From Asterias rubens (taxonomy: Eukaryota), in contig NC_047081.1 of NCBI RefSeq assembly GCF_902459465.1, positions 310,001-374,000 of the forward strand: a stretch of DNA of 64,000 bases, read 5' to 3'. The translations under genes were made by a program, and so were the position numbers. The notes under the pieces are model-generated. The model was not told where the DNA came from and searched no databases. It was given only the letters and a program-made list of their open reading frames with translations. Every line of letters starts with the position of its first letter. Positions within the stretch are counted from its first letter, which is position 1. Of this stretch, positions 18,857-32,384 are shown one piece after another.

Positions 18857-18944
18857 CTGTTTAAAAACAGGTAGTTGATGATCAATGTTGGTGTTTTATA
18901 GTCATAGACATCAACCGTCTACTTTATATTGCTCAATAGTTTAA

Positions 18945-19321
18945 AGGCAGTGGACACTATTGGTAATTACTCAAAATAATTACTGCCATAAAACCTTACT
19001 TGTTAACGAGTAACAGGGAGAGATTGATAGTATAAAACATTGTGACAAACGGCTCCCTCTGAAATATTGTAGTTTTCGAGAAAGAAGTAATTTTCCACGA
19101 ATTTGATTTCGAGACCTCACATTTAGAATTTGATGTCTCAAAAATCAAGCATCTGAAAGCACACAACTTTGTGTGACAAAGGTGTTTTTTCTTTCACTAT
19201 TATTTCAACTTCGATGACCGATTGAGCTCAAATTTTCACAGATTTGTTATTTTATGCATATGTTGAGATACACTAACTGTGAAGGCTAGTCTTTGACAAT
19301 AACCAATAGTGTCCACTGTCT
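18945..19321. mobile_element. Non-autonomous DNA transposon with TTAA target duplication (Kolobok-like)
   Basis: TTAA|AGGCAGTGGACACTATTGGT...ACCAATAGTGTCCACTGTCT|TTAA. AG..CT termini with a TTAA TSD fit Kolobok better than piggyBac. The superfamily call is inference. Confidence 0.8.
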
Positions 19322-19593
19322 TTAAGTAGACTTGTGGTAGCATTGTGACTGCTCCCTCTTTTTCAAGTTCTATCTCCTAAAAAACAAGTATTTCAGTAAT
19401 ATTATGAAAACAGAACTTAAAGGAAAAATATGCTTGTCGACAAAAAATACAGGGTTGAAATATTAATAATAATATGATGGATTTTGAGAGAGTTTGTATA
19501 GATTTCAGATTGTGCTAGAGCATGTTTTGGAATAATTGGTTTATTTTTTGATTATTTAACAAAAGAAATAACTGGTTTTGATACACCCATGTG

Positions 19594-19846
19594 ATAAGCC
19601 ATTGCTATAACACCTTGTAGTAACCGGCTTGTTGAGCCCCGAAGCATGGATCTAATATGATGAATCGGGTTCGAATCCCACCAGGGATTCATTGTTATAA
19701 GCCATTGCTATAACACCTTGTAGTAACCGGCTTGTTGAGCCCCGAAGCATGGATCTAATATGATGAATCGGGTTCGAATCCCACCAGGGATTCATTGTTA
19801 TAAGCCACTGTTATAACACCTTGAAGTAACCTGCTTGTTGAGCCCC
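19594..19846. repeat. 103-bp tandem repeat, about 2.5 copies, with a tRNA B-box
   Basis: Units start at 19594, 19697 and 19800. The two full units contain GGGTTCGAATCCCACCAGGG. Confidence 0.9.
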
Positions 19847-19858
19847 ATACTGACTCAC

Positions 19859-22800
19859 TGAAGCATCGATGTGCGACGATGAACCTGGAATACCCAAACT
19901 GATTCCCGTTATTCCAGACATGATGCCAGGGTTACCTGTATCAAGAAAACAGACAAAATCATTCATACTTTACTGGTTTGTTGGTTGAGCAATCTTGACT
20001 CTGCACCATAATTGCTTTGTCACAGGACAACAAGCCAGAGATGCCGTGTACTAGGATTGATAGTGTACGTAAAACAACCCTGGAACACTTTATAGTGGAA
20101 GTGTAGGGGTTAACCCTAGTGTTTCTGGTCCACATACCAGGTGTTTGCAGGTTTCCTCAGGCCTGTGAGCTACAGTGATTAAGTTCACTTATGAGGCATC
20201 ATTGGTTTCATTATCAGAAATATATAGCAATATAAATAATAATGACTTACCACCTGCCGGGGGAACAGCAGCGGGTGACTTGAACAGAGTGAAAGACTGG
20301 GGAGTTGATGATCGACGATTCAAGATGCCAAATGGTGTATCGGACTATAACACAAACAACAGACAAAAACATTACCAGCAACCCAGACCCATTATCACAA
20401 TCTGGAATCCAGCAGAATCCTTAGTAGGGTGCACCAAGTGCAAGGATAGTTCTTATGATGAAAAGTACTTTAGTGTACAGACTGAAACCCTTTTCACACT
20501 TGTCTATTTCCCAGGGGCAACCTCTGGGGCACTTTGGAATCCAGCTGGAATCCAGCAGAATCCTTAGTCCTCCAAAAGCCTGTTTAGGTTTTCTGATTGT
20601 GTAGGGCGTGGTACCCAAGCAAATTGGTACCTACAAATAGGGTGCACCAAGTGCAAGGATAGTTCTTATGATGAAAAGTACTTTAGTGTAAAGACTGAAA
20701 CCCTTTTCACACTTGTCTATTTCTCAGGGGCAACCCCTGGGGCACTTTGGCGCTTGGTTCACTTCACCCCCGGTCTACCCCAGAAATTGGGCATACCCCT
20801 GGGGAAAAGCCATCCCTGCTCCGGAGTAGGGGTAAGTGGTACAGCCCTAGACTTTTCTTGAGGAGCTAGTGGGTGCCAACCCAGGGCAACATTTTATAGA
20901 GCTGCTTCTAAAACAAATATCGCTATAAAACAAAATTTTCAACTAAGCAGAAATGTACTGTTACCTTGTCAAAAGGTACCATACATGATAATTGTACTTT
21001 ATGGCTGGTAACCAGTTTCTGCTTAGCAAGGGTCGACAAGTTCACGGGACTTACTCGGAATGTGTGTGTCGTGTTTGGTCTTGACTCTGAGGTAAACGTA
21101 GCTGAACGATCTTTTAGTCTCAACGCTCTGTCATCAGCTGCAGCACTTGATATCCTGAACTTAGCAGATGTTTTCTGTGCAAACAAAAACAGTCCATGTA
21201 GCGGCTTCAAGTTATTGATTGCTTGTGTGAAATAAACATTGATATAGTCTAGCTTTCCAAACTATGTTCACATTTGAAAAATTGCGGGCATAATAAAGGA
21301 GTGCATTAAAGGCGTATCTGAACAATGAAATTATGTTGTGTGCAACTGGACATTAATGAAGACCAATCTTGCAGCAAACTAACTTTACTTCTAACTGACC
21401 CTTTCTATGATGGACATAATATTGGGGTGTTCTGCAGACTGTGTAAGTGGGATACATTTACCAGCTCTGAACAGACCCCTTTTATTCTGTAAACCATCTT
21501 GTAACAGACTGACTTTACTTCTAACTGACCCTTTATATGATGGACTTAATATTGGGGTGTTCTGCAGACTGTGTAAGTGGGATACATTTACCAGCTCTGA
21601 ACAGACCCCTTTTATTCTGTAAACCATCTTGTGACAGATTAACTTTACTTCTAACTGACCCTCTCTATGATGGACATAATATTGGGGTGTTCTGCAGACT
21701 GGGTAAGTGGGATACATTTACCAGCTCTGAACAGACCCCTTTTATTCTGTACACCATCTTGTAACAGACTGACTTTACTTCTCACTGACCCTTTCTATGA
21801 TGGACTTAATATTGGGGTGTTCTGCAGACTGTGTAAGTGGGATACATTTACCAGCTCTGAACAGACCCCTTTTATTCTGTACACCATCTTGTAACAGACT
21901 GACTTTACTTCTCACTGACCCTTTCTATGATGGACTTAATATTGGGGTGTTCTGCAGGACTGTGTAAGTGGGATACATTTACCAGCTCTGAACAGACCCC
22001 TTTTATTCTGTACACCATCTTGTAACAGACTAACTTTACTTCTAACTGACCCTTTCTATGATGGACATAATATTGGGGTGTTCTGCAGACTGTGTAAGTG
22101 GGATACATTTACCAGCTCTGAACAGACCCCTTTTATTCTGTAAACCATCTTGTGACAGACTGACATTACTTTTAACTGACCCCAGAACCTACCAGATGCT
22201 ACACAATTCGGGAGGTTTACAGACTCTGTGCATCACCTGAAATATATAACTACAGGTTTGGATGCAATGGGAAATAAAAGTTTCTTTCTCCCTTTGGGGA
22301 CTGCTTTACTTCTTTCAAGTAAAATTTAAAGGGGTTTTGAGAAAACCTTCAAATAAAAAATCCCTGTCAAATCCCAGCCCTGCTTGTGTACTTACATGTG
22401 TAGACAATTTACATGTGTACTTACGTTATTAGTGTTATTGGTTTGTTTGTTCTCATTCCCATGCGACTCTGGTTGCCTTAGCTGAGGCAGAGTTTCTTGG
22501 ACTGCCTCTATTGGTGGTAGGGTCGCATTCCGACTCCAATGGTAGGGAGGAGAAGCAGCGGGATGGGGTGGAGAACCTAGACGGTCACTCGCTGTGGTCC
22601 TGTAGACATTGGAAGAAGGTCACAAGATTATTCTTTACGTCAAAAATATTTGGCCAACGATAAATTGACTAAAGTGGACTAGAGTTCAACCTGCAACCTC
22701 TGGCAGTCTGGATCAATGTACTGGACCTCTACCAGATGAGCTATCTAGCACCAATATTGGCATTCCTCTGCTTTACTATCTTTGCTCAGGAGTGCCAGTC

Positions 22801-25800
22801 AGAAGTTGATTCAACCTGTTACTGCAGTGTAGCAAGTTTATGAAACAACCTGGGAAGCGTCAACCAAAGGATCACCTTTCCGAGATCATCTTTGTAAAGC
22901 TCGTTCAAGATGGAAACAAGCAACAGATAAACGCAAAGTGCTACGTCAAAGAACTTACAGTTTCTTTCCGGTGATGATTCCCTCCATGTTGGGCGTCTTG
23001 GCTCGGTCGATGGGCCTCAACCTCCCCCGGCCTCTAGCTGATGACAACCTGTAGTTGAAGTTGTCCGTTGTTTTGACACTCATCGGACGGTTGGAGCGGT
23101 TGATCTGACTCAGGGTGCTCGAGCCTGGCCGATTCATTCCAATCTGTAAGGGTAGAGTCTGCAGCTCATCCCTAAAATACCACAAAAAGGGAAAAGACGA
23201 CTTTACAGCACTTTATCACACCCCCAGGGGCGTATCGAAGCGCTCAGTATTTTTTCCTGGAAGGTATGTGCAGCTACATTTGAAGCATGAGGTTCGTTTT
23301 TAAGCAGCTTTAGTGAAGGACGCAATAATAGTGGTTAAGTGTCTTGCTTAGGGACACAATGGATTAGAACCCACACTCTGCTGATCAGAAACACCAAAGA
23401 TTGAGTCTAATGCTCTAAGTATCTGCTCAGCCATGCCACGCCCTGAATGATGTTACAGCCAACCAAATAATCATTGAAACCTCACCGTGCAATGCCTCAA
23501 ATCCCATCTTGTCAGCTTGTTACTGTAGTAATGCATTGTACTTACCCTAGTATTGAAGGAGCTCTCGTATCTCTATCATTGGGCCTGTTATGAAGAGCTT
23601 TGGACGATATCGTCATTACACCAGTTAGATTCTGCCGGTCAGCGAGCGAGATGTTCAGGGAGGGCGCTGTGTTCAATCGAAGCTGAGTGGGTGTACAAGT
23701 ATTGAAAATCTTTCAGCATGAATACATAATGCAACACAACATCCATGAACAATCCAAAGTTTGCTGTGGCATGGGCCCGATTTCATACAAACATTGCTTA
23801 GCAAATTTCTGTTCAAAATTTAGTGGGGCACCAGTGGCACCAATGTAAACTTTAGGGGAAGATAAGCTGGTAACCTGTTTCTGCTGAGCAAGATATTTCT
23901 GTGCTTAGCATGTTTTAATGCTTACAGGCTTTATGGAAATGAGCCATGATGTCCCTAAGCTTGTCTGTTTGCCCAATCTTTAACCAATGATGAAGTGGTA
24001 GGTTTACTTACCACTGAGCCCATTGGAGCGAGCTTGTTGGATGGCATATCTAGCAAGCCACGCCCCATGTGGGTACTGAAGGGGTATGGGCTTAGGCTGA
24101 GGTCAAAGGTTGGGGCAACGGGATGCAAGGCTGACATGGCGGACGAGATGTCTTCTGTGTTTGTGTACTTCTTAGCTGTTGGTTAAAAACAAAATTGATG
24201 CGAATGTATTGTTGGTTGTTAATGACTATTGATTATTAGTGATTGACACACCGATTTAAGTTACATGTGTAACCTAGAAGCTGATTTCGTACACAGCTAG
24301 ATTAAAAGCAGAACAGATTGTATCCGTATTGAAATTCGGACCTGATCCGGATAAGTCTCGACATGGATCAAAAGTCAGTAGAGTGAAAAGGCTTATTTAC
24401 TAATAGGGAGACTGCCAACATAGAGCTGAATAGCTCAGTTGATAGAAAGACGGTATGTCAATCCGGAGGTCGATGGTTCAAGTCCTGCTCGTTTATGTTC
24501 GAACCCAAACGAAGGTTTGATTGCGCTTACCTTCTGCCAATAGATGCCAATGTCTCTTGATTAATAACCTGATCCATCCAACGACCTCTGTCCACATCAC
24601 ATCAAAGGCTTGACTATAGATAGAGTTCTGTACACAGGCGTTTGGAGTCAGGGGAGGGAAGCCTTTTCTTCTTGGGGCGTGGTATCTCTTCAGCTCGTGA
24701 CCTTCGTCCTCCCTTTATAAAAACAATAATGGTAATTTAGTTGATAAACTTATTCTGGTAAGTATGTTGTTGTGCTTAGCTTGTTCTGAAAGGGAACGAA
24801 CAACCTTGTTGCACAAATTTGTTCTCCCTTGCTAGTTACCAAGAACATTTTCATGCTAATACATTTTTTTAGTAATTACAAACATATCTTTACGCAGCTA
24901 TTTGAGATCGGCAGATTGGGTCATCGACTCACCATGATTTTAATCGGTCATACGCAAAATACTCTTCAATGACGCCTTCAGACTCAAATATTTCCTCTTC
25001 CATGTCGGCTAGTTGTTGTTGGACGTCTTCATCTCTGCTGGATCCCATCGTGGCTACCGGATCAATCGGTGTCAAACGAGTTCCAAAGACTGTCAACCTG
25101 TAATCCAAAATGATTCCGTTTGATTCCAGGTCTGTATGCTTCATGTATTCTTGTCATAAATTCACAATATTTCTGCTGTCTTATCAGAATTCTGTAGGTT
25201 TGACATTATCCGTATCTATTTGTTTATTCCAAATGGAAGTGGCCTTTTCAAAAATGAAAATGGCCTCGCCCTGTCAAAGATAAAATTCCACGCCCTGAGT
25301 ACTCACTGGACTCGGCTAATACTCACCCCTGTGGGTCTTGACTTGAGTAGTTTGGATACTCATTCTCACCGAGGTCCATGAGCTCAACGGCCGTTGCTGG
25401 TGTCTGGGACGAGCGTGGAATAAACTCATAGCCGAGGTCACTTGGTGTGATCTGTTGCTTGCCCAACACTCTGTAAATAAATCATCAAAATATTCAATAT
25501 GACTTTGGTTCTAACTTCTTTGCATAGCCTGCAGATAGACCTGGTCCCAATTTAATAGAGCTGCTTCCCAGAATTATTGCCTCAAAAAGATCTGCTTAGC
25601 CGAAATACGCAGAATACCAGTCACAAACAGTACATGTGATAAGGTACCTCGGCTGCTAACCTTGGTGTGGTAAGCACAATTTTGTGTGCTTTTACCAGCT
25701 CTATGAAATTGGGCCTTTACCTAGACAATTTTTTTCACAGAAATGGGTTACCAGCCAGAACACCATGCAAATTACATCTTGTGACTGGTACCATGCCTTC

Positions 25801-26834
25801 TTTTGCTAACCAAATTTCACCTGCTTAGAACAGTTTTCTGCTTAGCAGTTAGAGCTTTTATATTGTTTACAGCTGAATGAGTGATCTTTAAGTCAAATAA
25901 AAACCTTGTAAATATTATGAAGATCAACAAGTATGATCTTCGAGGGGCGACACTCTTACGTACCTTAAGTGTGGGAACCTGGAGTTCCATTCTTTACATT
26001 CATTTTCTAATTGCACTGACGTGGTGGCGTCTTTCTGTCCCTCAAACAGAATATCATCAATCTCCTGGAACATACGACGAACCGTTTTACCCGCTTGCTT
26101 GTCAAATTCCTGCAAAAAAAGAGAACAAAAACAATAATTTTTTAATTTTTTATTTTGAGTATTTTCCCTAAATGTTCCTTTAGGTTTATAGACTGTGTGG
26201 TCTCTGGGGTCAATAAGAATGTCTTAAGATGGGTTATAGTATCACCAAAGTGATTTGAACTGTGACATCACACATTGATTACCAATTAAGAATAATGCAA
26301 AAGTTAAGATCAATCTTAGCTCTTTGTGAAATAAAGCCCCAGGTTTGATTCTTAGAATCAGAACCAACTTGTAAATCAGTTTTCACACCCTGATTATCAA
26401 AGTTTGCATCTTCTGTTTTTTTCTCTAAAATCCAAGAGAATCGTTCATTTACTTCTACCTTTGACTCCCATCACTAGACAAGAGCCAATTTGTGGACAGC
26501 TTTTCTTTTCCAACCAAACGATGAGGATTTTGCCCTTTTTTTGAGGGATCTTAAACTCTTCTCTCTAAAGCCACTACTCACTTGAACATTTTTACTTACA
26601 TCATCTGCCCAAGAAAACAGACTACTCCTTTCTGTCGAGTTTCCAGACGTCCAACCTCCGCTATTCATTAAGAAGTTGGGTTTCTCATCCTCTGATGGTG
26701 AAGACATTCCGCTTCCAGAGGGGGTGACATAGCTATTTATAGCCTCGTTAACGCTGTTCAGGTAGTGCATGGGGATGATGTCATCAGGTCGCTCCAGGGT
26801 GGGGTAGTTGTCCGACCGCGATGAGATGCCCCGT
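19859..26834 (-). CDS. FAM149B1: FAM149 family (DUF3719) ciliary protein, 12 linked coding exons; 5' end and last exon unresolved
   Basis: Exons: 26834-26600, 26109-25964, 25470-25327, 25097-24933, 24712-24531, 24175-24012, 23682-23546, 23171-22959, 22599-22425, 21174-21055, 20344-20251, 19935-19859. All introns are GT-AG and phases are consistent (1852 nt). Motifs: SGNSTERSSLFSWADDEFDKQAGKTVRRMFQEIDDILFEG, ECKEWNSRFPHLRVLG, EEEIFESEGVIEEYFAYD, GFPPLTPNAC, SRPNTTHTFRSDTP. FAM149A and FAM149B1 cannot be distinguished. Confidence 0.92.
20402..20750. repeat. Local 112-bp duplication with 24-bp flanking direct repeats
   Basis: 20426-20537 is near-identical to 20639-20750. CTGGAATCCAGCAGAATCCTTAGT occurs at 20402-20425 and 20545-20568. 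Confidence 0.85.
21381..22182. repeat. 130-bp minisatellite, about 6.2 copies, in a FAM149 intron
   Basis: The unit ACTTTACTTCTAACTGACCCTTTCTATGATGG...CATCTTGTAACAGACTG recurs at about 21382, 21512, 21642, 21772, 21902, 22033 and 22162 (partial). Confidence 0.95.
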
Positions 26835-28568
26835 CTGGAATACAAGAAGCGAAACAAAAATCAGTGAAAACTCTTTCGTACGGTTTGGTGATGCCCGTTG
26901 CCCCACAGTTTTTGGAAAACCTGTGAAGAACACTGTTTTTACAATTTAGGAGGTGCACAGACTCTGTGTATTGAAACCAGAAATACAAGGAAGACCATAG
27001 GTTTGTACATGGGTGACGGTGTAGACTATCTCTTACTCCAGTTGGTCACTGCTTTAGTATCTCCTGCAATAAAACTTGAAGGCTCAAATGAAAAAGGGAA
27101 AATTATGAGAAATTACAATTAACAGTTTACCCTAAAATAATCAGACCCTCTCTATGTGCTGTCTTTCTCCGCATGATCAGAAAACACTCACTCCGAGTTA
27201 CAGATGCTTTTGAAAAGTAGAGATATCCGACGCCAATATTCAGAAAACTCACAGATACTCATTTACTGGAATACTCAATATCCAGATGTCCGTTCCTGAT
27301 ACTACACACTCACTCTCCTCCAATGACATTGTACTAAATATCTAACAACACTGTCTTTCTGACCATATGGCTGACACAACCAAAATGTCAAGTGCACTGG
27401 AGATCTATCACAGGACAGCGGGAAAGAGCTAAGCAAACATTGCTTGTCAAACACAGAAAGTGACCACCAATAATGACAATCAACGGCCAATAGGGCAAGA
27501 TATATAATCACCTCACTCAAGGCGCCAAACTAAACACAAGTGCTTTGCTGTGAATGTCCGAGTTCAAGTAATAAAAGACTGAGCGAGGAGGTAAATAAAC
27601 ACACAAAATATTAATATGATCCAAAATCATATTACTGTTCTTATAATGTATAATATTTTTATATCCGTCCTGTAACTGGCGCTTGCGCTGTTGAATAAAA
27701 TAAAATTAAAATAAATAAATAAAATAAATTTCATCCAATGAAATTATTCATCCAGGGATGAGATTTATAGAGTGTGAAAATGCCTGAAACGTGGCTTGCA
27801 GGGCTTCGGTTTCCCTTTAAACGAGACCTCCTACAGTCCTAGACAGTAAGGGTTCTTCTCCTATGCCCCATGTACTTGAAGCTAGCTTATACGTGGGGCC
27901 ATTACTTACGATTGGTGTGCCGATACAGGCACACTACGGCCAACTCGCAAACAACAATTTTGTTTAATAGTATGAACTTTGAACCTGGGCTTCAAATACT
28001 CAAAGGCCATCATCAATGTTTGAATCATAATAAAAACAAGGGAGAGAAAGAATCTTAGTCTTGAAAAAAATATTTACAGTCAAGTAAAATTCTGAGAAGC
28101 AAGACGAGTGGTCTTATTGAGATTTTCCTTGAAATTCTATCCTCAAATGCCCAAGACATCTTGTTCAAACAACAACCATTCTTGTCTTATTGAATACGAG
28201 TACAAATACATTCACATGTACGCTACGGAATAAAATCTGAGTGTCAGATCTTTCATTGATGAATATTGACTTGAATCTCAAGTTCCACTATCGAATCACA
28301 AACTTAGGAAGCAAACACATCAGCACCATGTAAATAGATATTTTGTTTGTTTTGATACGCAAGTATTAAAAGTAAAATAACGTATGGTGCAAGTCTCAGG
28401 CATTTTGAATATGAGAAGACAACAAAATCAAAGACTATCTTTCAATGAAACTGAAAGCAAGTTATTTTTTGATATATAAACCTATTGTGATCCCTGGCTA
28501 TGACATTATGGCAGTTACAGGTTGCATAGCTTCTTACTTACTTGCACCCTGAACAAAGATATTGACTG

Positions 28569-28690
28569 ATAGGGAGACCACCATCATAAGGGTGAGATAG
28601 CTCAGTTAGTAGACCGCCGGGCATGTTATACTGGAGGTTGTTGGTTCAAATCCTACTCCCATTAGTTTGTCTTTGTTCAATTCAAAAATT
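28569..28690 (+). mobile_element. Second tRNA-derived SINE family
   Basis: ATAGGGAGAC leader, TAGCTCAGTT A-box and GGTTCAAATCC B-box. Copies lie at about 24402-24515 and 15318-15385. It cannot fold as an intact tRNA. Confidence 0.65.
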
Positions 28691-29567
28691 AAAGTGCTCA
28701 GTACCTTTTAGGTAAACCTTTACCTAAAAAAACAAGTGTATATAATGTTTATATAGGCCTAATTATCTAAAAAAAATCCAGCCAATAATTCTGAAGGACA
28801 TTTTGTTTTATTGAGGAGGCGCCTGCCACTAAGGCCACCTGCTATTTACCCAAGGTCCCCCATCAATGGTGTCCTTGAATGAAATATGTACTAATATAGC
28901 AGGATAAGATTACATTTTAATAGAAATATCAACACTACAGTAACCAACAGCAATGACCATGAATGACCTGTGCCACCATTGTTAGTATAACCATTCTATT
29001 TACGGACATGACAAAATGACCAACTTCAATCCAACTTTCTATCTTTCAAGAAACGGTATCTGACTAAAAAAAACACAGAACTTACCAACATGGCAACAAA
29101 TTTCAAGCTTGATTTCACAAAGCACTTACGGTAAATATTGACTAAATGAATTGCCTGATCTCAGTAATAATTTGAAAGCCCTTAATTTGTTGTATTAATT
29201 ACATATTTGACGGTTTAATACTTTCAGGGTCGAATACATTGACCTGCAGACAATTGTCTTTGATGCCTCTCCAAGGGGCAATTTAAAATAAATTATTTTG
29301 GTTTACTGAGCTCTCACAACTGAAGAACTCGGCAAACTCCCACAACGGGAAATAAACACCAAGCTGGCAAAAGCCAATTTCTCACATTAGTTTCACATCT
29401 ATGATTATAAATTGCACAAATCAATAAATTGTAACTGGTTTTTAAAAAGTCAACATGATTTAGCAAACTATCCTAGGTTCAATCACCTAGATTAGATTTT
29501 GTTCCTTCCTCCAAACATGACTGGGCAGAAAAAAACACTGAAAAACAACTGTCAAAGAAGGGCAATG

Positions 29568-29714
29568 AATAGGAGACTTTCCAACGCTAGGTGGCAGCAG
29601 ACATACCGGGTAAATTTCCATTGTTTACGTAGTTCTGAACATGCGCATAATTCTGAGAACAATGGATTTACCCGGTAAGTCTGCTGCCCTCTATCTTCCC
29701 AGAAAGTCTCCCAT
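29568..29714. mobile_element. Palindromic MITE
   Basis: Inverted arms GGAGACTTTC...GGCAGCAGACATACCGGGTAAAT / ATTTACCCGGTAAGTCTGCTGCC...GAAAGTCTCC. Confidence 0.7.
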
Positions 29715-30158
29715 TGACATGCATTTATTCATCAACGACGTCAATATGGAAGACTTTAGACGTCTTTGTTTGTGAGGGTTGATGTACCGATACGAGGAAC
29801 CACATCAATATCCAGCTGTTTGTTTTATCAAACAGTCGCAGTCTATTGCGTCTTTTGACTCTTTTCGCGAGTGACGTACTGCCAAGGTTATAATGACAGC
29901 TGCTCGCAGTGAAATGTTTCGCATCGTAAATAATAAACGCCAACAAATAATTAATATTTGTGCTTCTCAATAACATGTTGATTTATGGAGCCTTTAGACT
30001 GGGCTAGGTAGACAATGGAAACGGCGTCATGACAATTCATCAACACCATATGTTTATTGGTTTTATCTCTTCTTTCATATTCCTTTGTATGGTTTTGTAA
30101 CTCATACTAATAGGCTGTTTACTAATTGGATTTGCCAAGTGGCAATGTAGCATTTTAT

Positions 30159-30449
30159 GGCGTGTCATGGCTGAGCCGATAAGTTCACCGCACTAATGAT
30201 CTGGTGTTTCTTGTCAATAGAGTGTTCGAGTCCCCGGCGTGAAACTTGTTTCCTTAAAACAAGGCACTATACCATTATTGCTTCGTCCTTCAGATGGGGC
30301 GTGAAGCTGTTGGTCCCATGTGTTATGTAATGCATGTAAAAGATTCCAGTAAACTTATCAGAAGGCCAAGGCTGCATAGTGTTCCTGGTTTGATTTGCAG
30401 CATATTGTGGCACACCTCCTAGTAAACCACTACATGGTGCTATGTAAAG
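30159..30449 (+). mobile_element. tRNA-derived SINE, near full length
   Basis: A-box/B-box-like head (GTCATGGCTGAGCCG...GTTCGAGTCCCC) followed by a body (CTTGTTTCCTT...CAAGGCACT...GCTTCGTCCTTCAGATGGGGCGTGAAGC). Related copies lie at about 11179-11320 (-), 23190-23445 (-), 44010-44140 (-) and 53465-53625 (+). Confidence 0.7.
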
Positions 30450-32290
30450 ACATTGCAATATTTACATATTATTTTGAAGCTGACAAATGGCTATTAATGT
30501 AAGCTCTTGCACTCTCCATCAATTAACAATACCAAGGTCACATCGTTAGCTTTTACTGTGGATCCATTAACGAGCCTGTGGTGACATCAGTTCATTAGTT
30601 GGTTCGTTAGTCATGATAATTAAGATGATTTCCATACTCGTTAATCCTACTAAGATATCCGTTGACAAACAAACAACAGATGAGGAGATTGCATTCATTT
30701 CATTTGCAGTCGGAGTACCTCAAACTTTAAGTGCTTTTTGACGTCAAACCCATTATCCTAACCAACACAAAACACATCGGAATCAAAGCTCAGTTTGTTT
30801 TGGATTTGTTTGACTAGCCTGATAAGTGGAATCAGACATAGTAACCGATGGTGCCTGTGACCGGTCTTTAAATTACTACATATCTGTCATGGCCCTTTAG
30901 TCAAATATTTCTTTCATAACATTACTGTGACCACACTAAAAATCATCAAAGGGATCAAATATAAGATAAATCCCTGGGACATTCTAACTGTCTAACGAAT
31001 AATTTAAAAGTCAATTGCTCTTTTAAGTCATATTATTCTGATTTAACACTAGCCTTGCACTAAGCCTTTCGCCCTATCCCACTCTGAATATGAATAATTC
31101 ACTTCATCAGTCAATTTTAATGAAGGGACTTCAAGGTGCTTCAAACCTCCCATTCGCTTGCCGTGTTGATTGGATCAAATTAATCGTCTAACAGAAAACT
31201 ATAAGTTATTTTCCCCCGTTGATGCAAATGCCGGTCGTTGCCTGGTAACTGATAACAACACAATGGATGGCTCATCGTGACTTTCACTTGATTGTAATTG
31301 TGGTATGATCAAATTGAAGGACATCCCATGGATCGCTCCAAACCCACATAATCAATACAGAACGCTGCTTAGCACTGAATTCTGCGCTTTCAGGCCCTGT
31401 AAAGCACAGGGACCAATTTCATAAAGCCTGTAAGCATAAAAACTTGCTAAGCCTGAACTAATATTGCTGAACAGAAACTGGTAACCAGCCAAAATCCTAC
31501 AAAGTTTACATTGATGCAACTGGTACCCCACTTTTTTTAGCTTAGCAAAGATACGCTTGAAATTATAAGCCTGGAACTCCCTGCTTCTGTAAGCGTTGAT
31601 TCTTTGCTTATGGTTAGCAGAACCATGAAATAAAGCCCTGATCTGAATACAAAATAGTTTTTATTAAAGTATACATCAATCACATACTACATGTTTAATG
31701 TAGGTCTGAAGGCCTAGCTTTAAAAGCATTGAGAAAACAATCAAGTGTCCTTCAGTTTAGAATAATTATAACACAAACAATGGATAAGACATTGGGTGGG
31801 CTAAACAGCATTATGTCATTTTAAAATAAATACAACATGCAAATTTCAGGGCTTACAGCATTGAACAGTAAAGCATGCAATGATCTGACAAAATATACAC
31901 AACGTCTGGAAAAATTTTTAAAGAGGAAGGCTTTGAGAAAGACTCTGCTAGGGTCGAAACGTCAGGGGCATAAACTGTACTTTGAAGGACAAAATAATGT
32001 ACATCAGTCAGACGGTATGTTTGAAGGGTGAGACTCTTTGCTGATGCAAAGTTTCCATCTTTTGATAACCCCAGTTGTGATTTTACTGGCCAAGTGCTAA
32101 AAATACTGGGCCCATCCAGTGGTCCAGTGTTAATTTCGTGTCCTGAACAGCTATTTTTTTAACCAAGTGAATTATAAAGTAAATTATCTTCAGCTCAAAA
32201 TCTAGAATTTCCAATCCCTGTGTTTGAAACAGCGAATCCTGCACCTCCCAGATTATATTTCTAAAAAACAATATGTGGCAGGTTGTTAAA

Positions 32291-32384
32291 GTCAGTCAAT
32301 GAATAACTTGTAGGCTCAGTCAGACTCTCGTCTTTAAGTCAGCCAATGAATAACTTGAAGGCACAGTCAGACTCTGGTCTTTAG
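32291..32384. repeat. Tandem duplication of about 47 bp
   Basis: GTCAG.CAATGAATAACTTG.AGGC.CAGTCAGACTCT.GTCTTTA occurs twice. Confidence 0.8.

Noticed and set aside
21391-22240. Seven short ORFs on both strands with repeated peptides
   Set aside because: They are by-products of the 130-bp minisatellite (unit length is not a multiple of 3) and lie in a FAM149 intron.
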